DNA from: an uncultured virus (IMG/VR IMGVR_UViG_2100351003_000006)
Taxonomy: Duplodnaviria; Heunggongvirae; Uroviricota; Caudoviricetes
IMG/VR virus record: IMGVR_UViG_2100351003_000006
Direction: 5' to 3' (one strand)
DNA: 58,153 bases
Under the pieces are notes generated by a model. That model was not told the DNA's origin. It ran no database searches and saw only the letters and a list, made by a program, of their open reading frames with translations. Shown one piece after another: positions 47,779-56,328 of the stretch. The stretch's first letter is position 1; every line of letters starts with the position of its first letter. Made by a program: the position numbers and the translations under genes.

Positions 47779-48150
47779 GTGCCAGAACCAACAAATAGTG
47801 GCGTCGCCGGGGCCGCGGCGTTCAAGGCCGCCGGAGGTGCCGCGGCGGGCGGGGCATTGCTCTCGGCCATCGTCGTGATGCTGATGACGCCGCCGCGATC
47901 GACGCGCGAGTGGGCGGTGGGTTTGATCAGCACCGTCGTCACCGGGATCAGCGGCGGGGCGATCGCCGTCCAGTACTTTCGGTTGCAGGAGTGGGTGGAT
48001 TCGCTGACTGGGGTCGTGGCGCTCGGCGGTTTGATCTTCGGCTGCGGTCTGCCGGGCTGGGCGATTGTGCGCTGGGTCTTCAACTTTATCGAGCGCAACC
48101 GGGATGCAGGGATCGATGAGGTGGCCAAGGAAGTGAAGGAGGTACTGTAA
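47779..48150 (+). CDS. Holin-like membrane protein
   Basis: Three hydrophobic segments, charged C-terminus, position after tail genes; GGAG RBS with GTG start. Confidence 0.7.
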   Translation: MPEPTNSGVAGAAAFKAAGGAAAGGALLSAIVVMLMTPPRSTREWAVGLISTVVTGISGGAIAVQYFRLQEWVDSLTGVVALGGLIFGCGLPGWAIVRWVFNFIERNRDAGIDEVAKEVKEVL

Positions 48151-48478
48151 TGAATGCGGGATGCTGGAGGCCGCACGCGGCATCAGCGAACTCCGCAGTC
48201 TGCTCGATGCGTTCAACGAGGCGCGGCCGAATGAAGAATTCGACCCTACCCCACACTACCGCCGCCTTCTTTCTCCTGATCGCGCTGCTGAATACCCGAT
48301 CACTTCGCAGCAACTGGGCACGGGCTCCCCGCTGAGGTCCTACTGGCGGAGTCAGCGACGACTTCTCTGGAATCTCACGACCTCGCCAACCATCGCCCCT
48401 TGCTTCGTTGCTTTCGGTGAGGTACAAAGCTCGCTCTGGCAGCCGCGCTCGATCAGATATGCGTGCGAGGATGATCAC

Positions 48479-49708
48479 TCACGGGGAGCACTTGTAAGGC
48501 TCCAGTCCGCCCGCTCGCTTCTCCATGTACGCGATGTGTGAGTCGATCATCGCTTTAAGTTTGTCGCGAGTCGTTGGAAACGTTTCCTCAAACTGTTTCG
48601 CATATTCGGCATTCTGCTGAGCATGCACTTGGCCCAGCCAGTGCAGCATCCGTTTCGAGTAGGCGTGGCGTTTCGCGAAGTGCTCACTGTCAAGGCGCTT
48701 GTTCAAGGTAGCTTTGAAGTTCTCGTTTCTATCGTAACGAGCAATATAGTACCCTTTGCTCTCTCCCCGCACAGGCTCGGCCTTGACGAGGTGGCCAATG
48801 TCGCCACCGGGTCGATAGTACTCGGTCAGACTGGCGAGTCGCTGCTTATGATCAGCCTCCCCGCCGCTGAACACGGCTGCAGCTGGTGGCCGTTGGAGTT
48901 TGAACTGCACGATATCGCAACGTTTCTGCTCTTTGTCGCTGACTAGGTAGACAAAGCGTGGGATGCACATACTCCCCCCGCCTGCTGTCTTCATCTCGAA
49001 CCCATGATCTTGCACCTCACCTATCTCCTGAACCACCTTCGAGAAGGTATTCTGGTCCGCGTCGTAGCGCTGTTTGACCGCACTCTTGGCGTCTTCGCCT
49101 TCCAAACGCTTGATATCCCTCCCGAGGGCTTTTTTCCACTTCTCCTCTAGTTCCTTGCAGGATCGTTCGGGTGCACTCGAATCGCCCAAAACCTGCGGGA
49201 CGTCCTTGAGCTTTTGCCCCTTAAGGCCCAGGCGATACGCTGCTACCGCCTCATCGAAGGTAAGCCGCGGTTCCCAGACCTCATTGTAAGTGAGCGTGTG
49301 AAACACGTCGCCAAGAAGGCTGCCCTGACCGCCGTCATCGAGATCGATCAAGCCGATCTGCCAGTCTCCGTCAATCTTCACGATGTCGACGTTGTCCGGT
49401 TTGACATCGCCGCCGATGACACCGGAGAATGCACTCAGGCTCTGTATCTCGTTACTGCCGGCGGCTACCACCTGTTGTCGGAAGCACTCCAGACTGCCGC
49501 TCGGGTTCGAGCGCATGAACGTTGTGAGAAATTCCCTTTCTGTGAGTGCGACGCCTTTTTTCCCCACCTTCTCCACGCCGCGAAAACACCCAATCTGGGC
49601 ATCTTTTGTGCAGTCTTCAATCGCGCAGATCTCCTCGGCCGAAAGGTGCAAAGATAATGACAAAAGCACCGCAACGAGGAGAATGGCGGGACTTTTCAAA
49701 CGAGACAT
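48479..49708 (-). CDS. Secreted DUF2252-like (protein-kinase-like fold) protein
   Basis: Signal peptide; GDVKPDN, IDLDDG, AGGGS..IPRF and VQFK align by eye to DUF2252 GDxHxxN, NDFDE, AGxGS..R and LQxK. Confidence 0.6.
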   Translation of the reverse strand: MSRLKSPAILLVAVLLSLSLHLSAEEICAIEDCTKDAQIGCFRGVEKVGKKGVALTEREFLTTFMRSNPSGSLECFRQQVVAAGSNEIQSLSAFSGVIGGDVKPDNVDIVKIDGDWQIGLIDLDDGGQGSLLGDVFHTLTYNEVWEPRLTFDEAVAAYRLGLKGQKLKDVPQVLGDSSAPERSCKELEEKWKKALGRDIKRLEGEDAKSAVKQRYDADQNTFSKVVQEIGEVQDHGFEMKTAGGGSMCIPRFVYLVSDKEQKRCDIVQFKLQRPPAAAVFSGGEADHKQRLASLTEYYRPGGDIGHLVKAEPVRGESKGYYIARYDRNENFKATLNKRLDSEHFAKRHAYSKRMLHWLGQVHAQQNAEYAKQFEETFPTTRDKLKAMIDSHIAYMEKRAGGLEPYKCSP

Positions 49709-49924
49709 CGGTAGGCTCCAGAATGGGTAAGCGCTATTGCTAACGCTGTGGAGGATCAGCCGCCGTGCTGGAACGAGCCAGACGAAGTGGCGACAATGCC
49801 AGCGAGTATTGCGCAGCGTAGTGTAGAGCGCAATCGTCTGTCCGTGTCATCGACGGCAATAGACGTCCTCCGCACGCGTCACTTTCGGGAGCATGCGCGG
49901 GGGGTGTCAATTCCGCATGGTTGC

Positions 49925-50211
49925 GCGCGCGGTAGTTATGCTGATGACGCCGCCCCGCTCGACGCGCGAGTTGGCGGTGGGGTTGATCAGCACGGTGATC
50001 ACCCAAATCGGCGGCGGGGCGATTGCCCGTCCAGTATTTCCGCTTGCAGGAGTGGGTCGATTCGGTGACCGGGCTCGTGGTGCTGGGCGGCTTGATCTTC
50101 GGCTGCGGCCTACCAGGGTGGGCGATCGTGCGCTTGGTCTTCAACTTCATCGAGCGAAACCGTGATGCCGGGATCGATGAGGTGGCCAAGGAAGTGAAGG
50201 AGGTGCTGTGA
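49925..50211 (+). pseudogene. Degenerate second copy of the holin-like gene (5' part lost, frameshifted)
   Basis: VVMLMTPPRSTRE and QYFRLQEWVDS...DEVAKEVKEVL nearly identical to 47779..48150. Confidence 0.9.
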
Positions 50212-50480
50212 TGGAGGCGTGAGATTTCTGCGGCGGGACAGGCGTCGGGCAGGTTGACAGCATGCCGCCTTGACGTTCAAAGGCAGACAAACCTCGCTTA
50301 CAATGACTGTCAGTACGATTGTCGCGGGTATTCAGTCAAACGGCGTTCCGCTGTTGTCTCACGGTAAGGACGACCGTTACCGCCCCAACCGGCCGCGATC
50401 CGCGCCACGGCCGGAAAAAGTTGGTCATTCGCCCGCTGACTTCATTGGCGGTTTCGTCCTAACTTTGCAAGGAGTGCCCC

Positions 50481-51041
50481 ATGTCAGCACACGGCTCGTT
50501 TTCTGGCAATCCAAAGACCGAGTGGCTCGTTGACGCCAATGGCGAAGACCGCGACATGCAGCTACTTGAAAACTTCTCTTTTACAGATCCCGCTGGTCGC
50601 GTATGGCTGGCCCCGAAAGGCGCCATTGTAAATGGCGCTAGCATTCCGCGTGCCCTCTGGTCGACAATCGGCAGTCCCTACACAGACGACTATCGACGGG
50701 CATCCGTAGTTCATGACGTGGCGTGCGATACACCGAGTGTCCCACGGAAGGACGCCGATGCCATGTTCCTTCATGCTTGTCGTGCCGGTGGCTGCAGTCC
50801 TCTCCAAGCTCAAATACTTTATGCCGGGGTACGCCTTGGAGCATGGACATCTGCAAGTCTGCCGGCCAGATCTCTCTCTCGGGAAAGAACCATCTTCCGT
50901 GAGCGCCTCGACGTCCCTTTGCTGGAAGAGCAGTTCCTTCAGGGCAAACTCGCCGAAATCTCCCGCGATATGGAGTCTCTACCCGATGAGGCGTCGATCG
51001 AGCAGATCGATGCGGTCATCGAACGCCATCTTAAGTTCTAG
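50481..51041 (+). CDS. DUF1353 domain protein
   Basis: PKG...NGASIPR.LW..IGSP....Y..ASVVHD..C...ADAMF; AAGGAG RBS. Confidence 0.85.
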   Translation: MSAHGSFSGNPKTEWLVDANGEDRDMQLLENFSFTDPAGRVWLAPKGAIVNGASIPRALWSTIGSPYTDDYRRASVVHDVACDTPSVPRKDADAMFLHACRAGGCSPLQAQILYAGVRLGAWTSASLPARSLSRERTIFRERLDVPLLEEQFLQGKLAEISRDMESLPDEASIEQIDAVIERHLKF

Positions 51042-51178
51042 TCCGGTAGCCGGACGGCTCTCCCCGTGGCGCCCACACCACCCACCTGCAATTCGGCACG
51101 GGGCCCGTTCACGAAGACGGTCACGCCAAGCTACCTCTGCGTGGCTCCGGAGGCACCGAGAAGCGAGAGGTTATTCCT

Positions 51179-51703
51179 GTGAGCCGAACAAGAACAGCAA
51201 ATATGCTACTGCCTCTATTGCTGCTAGTCAGCATCGCCGGCGGTGCTGAAACACTGACAGGTACCGTCGTCGGAGTGGCGGATGGCGACACGGTCACAGT
51301 GCTGGATGCCAATCACCAACAACACAAGATTCGTCTTTCGGGCATTGATGCCCCGGAGAAATCCCAAGCGTTCGGCCAACGATCGAAGGAATCTATGTCG
51401 GCGCTCGTATTCGGCAAAGACGTCGATGTCGTCTGGGACAAGCGCGACCGCTACAAGCGCATCGTCGGCAAGGTGATGGTGCAACCCGCCGACTGCCCGA
51501 CCTGCCCCAAGACCCTGGACGCAGGGCTTGCGCAGATCACGGTAGGCCTAGCCTGGTGGTACCAAAAATACGCGAAGGATCAGTCTGCCGAGGATGCTGA
51601 GCGCTATGAATTCGCTGAACAATAAGCCAGAGCCAGGCGTGCTGGTCTCTGGGCCGACGCTCACCCGATACCGCCGTGGGAATTTCGGCGCGGACAGAAG
51701 TAG
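51179..51703 (+). pseudogene. Thermonuclease (SNase) family protein with premature stop
   Basis: Signal peptide, DGDT, IRLSGIDAPE, DRYKR, GLAWWY; TAA at 51623-51625, then in-frame ARARRAGLWAD.HPIPPWEFR. Confidence 0.88.
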
Positions 51704-51714
51704 GGAGTTACATA

Positions 51715-52506
51715 ATGCTTGGTACTTTAAGAGCAATCGTCAAACAGTCGAGGATGATTGCTGTTGTCATTGGGTTCCTTGGTCTGCTCACGCTCAACGT
51801 CTTGACACTGGTCGATGACGGCATTCATGCAAAAGCCTACGGTGTGCTGGAAAGCGTCGTACAAGGAACAGTGGCTGGCCCAATGCTCAAGAACAGCTCA
51901 ACTGAAGTCAGGAGGCGTGACGTCGCGGTCGCCACGCAAGTACTGAGGTCTCAGAAGGATCATTTGGCACGTCAAACCATGAATTTGGTTGCTGCCACAA
52001 ATATTTTCATTTCAAACGCAAGTAGGCTCCAAGCGGAAAAGGCCGAAGTTGAAGCACTGTTGCGAACTTGGAAGACGAAGTACTCGAGAGCACAGGCGGC
52101 AACACAGAGGTTTTCCAGAGGTGTTGCACAACGGCTAGCCAAGGGAGCAAATCGAACCGTCTCACTCTTGGTAGGCAAGGCAGTCCCCTACTTTGGAATC
52201 GCAGTTACCGTGGCCATGACCAGTCTGGACTTGAAGGATTCATGTGACACAGTCAAAGAGATCAACCAACTTGCCTTGTCGATGGAGGAGACCGCAACCG
52301 ATGAAAGCACAGTTTGCGGGCTTTCAGTCCCGACGAAAAAAGCAGTAGTTGACACTGTTTCGGATAACTTCGCGCGGGTGTACACGGATGCCCAGGAGGT
52401 GCTCGACCAAGCTGGTAACGAAATCCCGCCGCTTCCTTCCTCGACTGAAGCCTCTAAGGCGGTGATAGCTTTCGTCAAACGACTCCTAGGCGGAACCTTG
52501 TGGTAA
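51715..52506 (+). CDS. Hypothetical membrane-anchored coiled-coil protein
   Basis: N-terminal hydrophobic helix, coiled coil, lower GC; GGGAG RBS. Confidence 0.7.
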   Translation: MLGTLRAIVKQSRMIAVVIGFLGLLTLNVLTLVDDGIHAKAYGVLESVVQGTVAGPMLKNSSTEVRRRDVAVATQVLRSQKDHLARQTMNLVAATNIFISNASRLQAEKAEVEALLRTWKTKYSRAQAATQRFSRGVAQRLAKGANRTVSLLVGKAVPYFGIAVTVAMTSLDLKDSCDTVKEINQLALSMEETATDESTVCGLSVPTKKAVVDTVSDNFARVYTDAQEVLDQAGNEIPPLPSSTEASKAVIAFVKRLLGGTLW

Positions 52507-52616
52507 TGACGGGCAGGACTGCTGCCTCGCCTCGTGAGCACTGATGAAACGGTGCCGCCTTTTGGCCTCGATGCGCTCCCGATACCGCCGTGGGATTGGC
52601 GCAAAGGCCAACGCTG

Positions 52617-52898
52617 ATGACTCAGAAACAGTTTCCAGCCACGATTGACGAAGCGGTCGGCGTAGTGATCGCCACGCTGTCGGATGATGACAAGGCGCAA
52701 ATTGCAGCCACGTCAGAGTCTGATCTCATCCGGCTGCACTTCGGTTTGGGAACGTGGATTCCGAACAACCTCGGCCTCTGGTCGGGGAACGGGCAGTTGC
52801 TGGAATCCGCGGGCACCCTAAACCCAGACGATGCGTCACTGATAATCATCGAAGCCGTGTGGCGTCGTCTGCGGGAAGACGTTCCAAAGGTCCATTGA
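52617..52898 (+). CDS. DUF6794-like protein
   Basis: P.TIDEAV, LHFGLG.WI.N.LGLW.GN..L, PDDAS..IIEAVW. Confidence 0.7.
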   Translation: MTQKQFPATIDEAVGVVIATLSDDDKAQIAATSESDLIRLHFGLGTWIPNNLGLWSGNGQLLESAGTLNPDDASLIIIEAVWRRLREDVPKVH

Positions 52899-52899
52899 G

Positions 52900-53266
52900 A
52901 TGTGCGGTCGATATGCGCTCTACAGTCCGACTTCCCGTATTCGGGAGCAGTTCGATCTCGACGAGGAGTTCGACTTCGTGCCTCGCTACAACATCGCACC
53001 AACGACAAAGGCGCTGATTGTTCGTTCAGGATCGCAAAGCTGGAGAGTGGCCGGCCTCTGCCGATGGGGACTGATTCCGGTCTGGGCCAAGGACGCTGCT
53101 ATTGGCACGAAACTCATCAATGCTCGCGGGGAAACCGTCGCCGAGAAACCCGCATTCCGTACAGCTTTTCGTCACGGCAGATGCATCGTGCCTGCCAACG
53201 GTTTCTACGAGTGGAAGTCCGTTCAAGAAGGCGGTCGAACCGTAAAGCAACCGTACTACATTCGGT
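52900..53266 (+). pseudogene. SRAP/YedK SOS-response-associated peptidase, 3'-truncated
   Basis: MCGRY start, RYNIAPT, WGLIP.W, INARGET, RCIVPANGFYEW, KQPYYI, then similarity is lost (no HxRMP). Confidence 0.85.
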
Positions 53267-53369
53267 CAAACTCGAATTTGCCCTTGGTCGCCCCCTCGAA
53301 GCTCTTGAAAAATCATCTGATGTTCGCGAGTGCCAATGACCAGTACCCGTCGTAGGCGGCCCCGAGCAC

Positions 53370-53812
53370 CTACTGCCCGCCCTCGATGAATCGGTCGTAG
53401 GTATCGAACGTGCGGTAATCCCCGTCACGCGCACATCGCGGCTCAAACCTCGGGACGATCAGCAGTGACAGCACGCGCTCGAAGGTGTCCGACGTGTGTT
53501 TCATTTCACGTGGCATCCCGCCGTCATTCTTGAACCACAGATTCGCCGGCACGATTTGCCCGTCAGGGCATTGGCGTACCAACGTGTCCGCAGTAACAGT
53601 GCCGGGAATCGGTTCCAGCGGATAGCCTTTTCGATTGGCTATCCAGAGCCGCTGCACCTTCGCAGGTTCGCTGCGTGACCAGCGGAGCAGCATCCCGTTA
53701 TCCTAATAGACCAGTACGGCACGTCACCGGTGATCTCGAGCAAGCGAATGCACCTGGCCTCGAAGGACACACCGTAGAACATGGCCAGCTCGCTGATGAG
53801 ATCGGTCGTCTC
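53370..53812 (-). pseudogene. Remnant of ImmA/IrrE-family metallopeptidase (C-terminal half)
   Basis: LAMFYGVSFEA.CIRLLEIT..AVLVY*DNG...W pattern and a DTYDRF terminus; stop and frameshift present, HExxH half absent. Confidence 0.5.
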
Positions 53813-53828
53813 TGAATCAAAAAAAGCG

Positions 53829-53857
53829 TTGACAAAAGAGGTAGCGTGTTCTTAAAT
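53829..53857 (+). promoter_or_regulatory. Sigma70 promoter for the radical SAM operon
   Basis: TTGACA-17 bp-TTAAAT, ~80 bp upstream of 53935. Confidence 0.6.
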
Positions 53858-53934
53858 GACATCGTCGATGATGATCGGTCTTCGGAGAACAAGCGAAGCT
53901 AATTCAACCTTGTAACTCTTTTTGAAGGTTTATC

Positions 53935-54135
53935 ATGCCAAGAACCTCAGAAACCCCCAAACTAACCGGAATCTTCGTCGTCGACCTCAAGAGCCTCAAC
54001 TTGTCGGCGGCGCAGCTAGCTGCAATTGATACTGCCATTCAGGATACGGTGCAAACTGAACTGGGAAAGCTCGATGACACTGAAGGTCTTAGAGGTGGCC
54101 CGCTAGGAGGAGTTGCGGGCTTTATGGCCCAATGA
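53935..54135 (+). CDS. Small protein (66 aa), possible precursor peptide
   Basis: First gene of the operon; helical middle and Gly-rich tail GLRGGPLGGVAGF; GAAGG RBS. Confidence 0.65.
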   Translation: MPRTSETPKLTGIFVVDLKSLNLSAAQLAAIDTAIQDTVQTELGKLDDTEGLRGGPLGGVAGFMAQ

Positions 54136-54144
54136 GCTAGCTCT

Positions 54145-54510
54145 GTGACGGTCTTGTGTCCTAGCGCCACCTGCGAGACCGGCGCACTTTTGATTGGTCG
54201 CGCTGTCAGCCCCACTAAGGTCGTTATCCTTCCAACTCCAATAATTATTAGTACCGCGTTCGTTGATGAGGCAAGCAAGCACCGCGCGGCAGAAAAGCGG
54301 TTTCGATTTGCATCACCATGCAAAGGTAGTGGGTGTCGGAATTGGACGGGCCAAAAGTGCAAAGTTCCTGAAGAAACATTGAGCGTCCTTCCACCGCTTG
54401 ATGACCGACTCCCTGACTGCGGGATTCGAAACGACTGCCGCTGGTTCACGCAAGACGGCGCCTTGGCTTGCTCGGTGTGTGTTCAAGTTACTACCCAGCG
54501 AGACTACTAA
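54145..54510 (+). CDS. Cys-rich (9 Cys) putative metal/Fe-S binding protein
   Basis: CPSA, RFRFASPC..SGC..W...C, LPDC.IR..CRWF.Q.G..AC..C. Confidence 0.75.
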   Translation: MTVLCPSATCETGALLIGRAVSPTKVVILPTPIIISTAFVDEASKHRAAEKRFRFASPCKGSGCRNWTGQKCKVPEETLSVLPPLDDRLPDCGIRNDCRWFTQDGALACSVCVQVTTQRDY

Positions 54511-54525
54511 TGGAGGAGCCTTATC

Positions 54526-55971
54526 TTGGAACTCCTTGCTGTTGACAAGACGGGTAGGCGCAGGCTCGTCGAGCCCCTATACAAAGAGCAAAGTCCGGCG
54601 ATAGCCGTAGACGTGGCGTTTCGTGACAAAGAAAATACTCGAAAACTGCGGTCATTTCGATTCCTGTCTGACGGCAATTCTCGAGTAGTCCCGGACCTCG
54701 CCGCGATTGTAAAACCTCCTAACCATGATAACTATGTGGAAACTAGTCGCGCGGAAGCGCGCACTGACATATTTGCATTCTCCGACGCTCAAAATAATCA
54801 GGTTTTTTTTCGCAAGAGGGAGATTATCATTGGGTTTGCCCGTCGGTCAGCCTTTGATGTAGCTAACGTAATTCTCCAATATGACATGCGGCTAATCTGG
54901 TTTGACCATCGTGGAAACTTTGGCAAGTTCAACCTCACAAAGACCGAACTTGATGAAGTGCTAAGCCGCCTTCAGAAAGATTCGCGCGTCTTATTCGCAG
55001 AGCCTAATGTACTTGACGGCGCGAACTTACCTGGAATCTCAGACCTAGAGAGGGACGGGGTATCGCCCCCGACTTATCTAGCATGGAACCATCTTGCCCT
55101 AAATCGCAATACAGGTGGGTCGCCGGACGACGGAAAAGGTATTGTGATTGCTATTGTTGATACTCCCATTTCATTAGACCACCCAGGCCTTGCTGCCGCG
55201 CTGTATCTGAAGAGCCATGAACTCTACTTTGGAGACCAGAACCCAGTGCCTGACTCGCACGGAACCGCCGTCGCAAGCATATTGGTTGATTCGACTCCAA
55301 TCGGGCCTGGATTTTCTTTGGGACTTTGTCCATCAGCAAGACTCCTTCCAGTTTCGATAGATACCTCGGCGCTTTCCAGTTACGCAAGGAGGGCGACAGC
55401 CATAAATTTCCTGGCTCGGAGCGCTGTCGCGCGGGAGGTAGTTACGAAGACAGCAGGTCGTCTGCCATTGCCAAGGTTGGTGGTTAACTGTAGTTGGCAA
55501 GTAAGAGGAACACAGGACTTAACTGCAGTCTCAATGGCTTTTTCTAATCTCACCGCGAGTGGCGCAATATGTGTTTGTTCTGCGGGGAATGACAACTCGA
55601 GCCAACCACACTTTCCCTCCGACTACGCAAACTGCATTTCAGTTGCAGCCGTTACGCGGTCTATGACGAAGTCAAAGAACTCCAATTTTGGGCGATCTGT
55701 CAGTTTTGCCATGCCAGGCGGCGATGGTAGCCCCTACGGAGACGAAGACATCTTGGCGGCTCAAAGCCTCGGACTGTTCGACTATGTCTCCGGCACGTCA
55801 TTTGCTGCACCACATGCATCAGCCTTGCTGACGACGATATGGTCAAGAAATCCAAATATGACGGCGCGGGAGGTGATTGTGCTGGCAAGCACAAAGTACA
55901 GTGTCGCAATTGACTCCAGTAATCCAAACTTTGTTGGACAGCTTGGGGCAGGGCTTATCTGCTTCGCATAA
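54526..55971 (+). CDS. S8 subtilisin-like serine protease, no signal peptide
   Basis: IAIVDT (Asp), HGTAVAS (His), SAGND (oxyanion Asn), SGTSFAAP (Ser); prodomain ending FAEPN; GGAGGAG RBS with TTG start. Confidence 0.93.
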   Translation: MELLAVDKTGRRRLVEPLYKEQSPAIAVDVAFRDKENTRKLRSFRFLSDGNSRVVPDLAAIVKPPNHDNYVETSRAEARTDIFAFSDAQNNQVFFRKREIIIGFARRSAFDVANVILQYDMRLIWFDHRGNFGKFNLTKTELDEVLSRLQKDSRVLFAEPNVLDGANLPGISDLERDGVSPPTYLAWNHLALNRNTGGSPDDGKGIVIAIVDTPISLDHPGLAAALYLKSHELYFGDQNPVPDSHGTAVASILVDSTPIGPGFSLGLCPSARLLPVSIDTSALSSYARRATAINFLARSAVAREVVTKTAGRLPLPRLVVNCSWQVRGTQDLTAVSMAFSNLTASGAICVCSAGNDNSSQPHFPSDYANCISVAAVTRSMTKSKNSNFGRSVSFAMPGGDGSPYGDEDILAAQSLGLFDYVSGTSFAAPHASALLTTIWSRNPNMTAREVIVLASTKYSVAIDSSNPNFVGQLGAGLICFA

Positions 55972-55986
55972 ATAGGAGGAAAAAAA

Positions 55987-56328
55987 ATGGGAATGCCAAT
56001 GTTGATGTATGGAGTTGCTTTGAACGAAGCAATCGCTCGAGGAAATCTCTCTGAGATGCGCGACCTGGTTGCTGTAAGTACTTTTCTCAAGCGTACGCAG
56101 TTAGACGACTTGGAGTCAGATGAAGCCAAGGAATGGGAAGAGGCTCACAAACAGCTGGTCACTGCTATCTCAGAGAAAGAGTCAATTAAGTTGGCAAAAG
56201 AGGACATAATTGCAATTCGGGACGGCATTGTTGTTCTAGACAGCATAGCCATGGCGCGAGTTCTCAAGACGCTGCTGACTTCCGATACTGAGGGTCCGTA
56301 CATGAAGATTAGCTTTGGTTGGGACTGA
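55987..56328 (+). CDS. DUF1843-like protein with Y-X10-G(N/D)L motif
   Basis: MYGVALNEAIARGNLSEMRDL; AGGAGG RBS. Confidence 0.8.
   Translation: MGMPMLMYGVALNEAIARGNLSEMRDLVAVSTFLKRTQLDDLESDEAKEWEEAHKQLVTAISEKESIKLAKEDIIAIRDGIVVLDSIAMARVLKTLLTSDTEGPYMKISFGWD

Larger units (their letters stand above)
6948..53266. mobile_element. Prophage (HK97-type head, GTA-like siphoviral tail, serine-recombinase module); ends approximate
   Basis: Ordered recombination, replication, packaging, head, tail and lysis/moron modules; att sites not identified. Confidence 0.88.

Noticed and set aside
48161..48541. 126-aa ORF after the holin as endolysin or spanin
   Set aside because: No catalytic, signal or lipobox motif, and it overlaps the convergent gene; probably a remnant or spurious.
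6905..50304. 13-bp match cctcgcttacaat (minus 6905-6917, plus 50292-50304) as attL/attR
   Set aside because: Inverted rather than direct, and short enough to arise by chance in 58 kb; more likely similar -10 regions.
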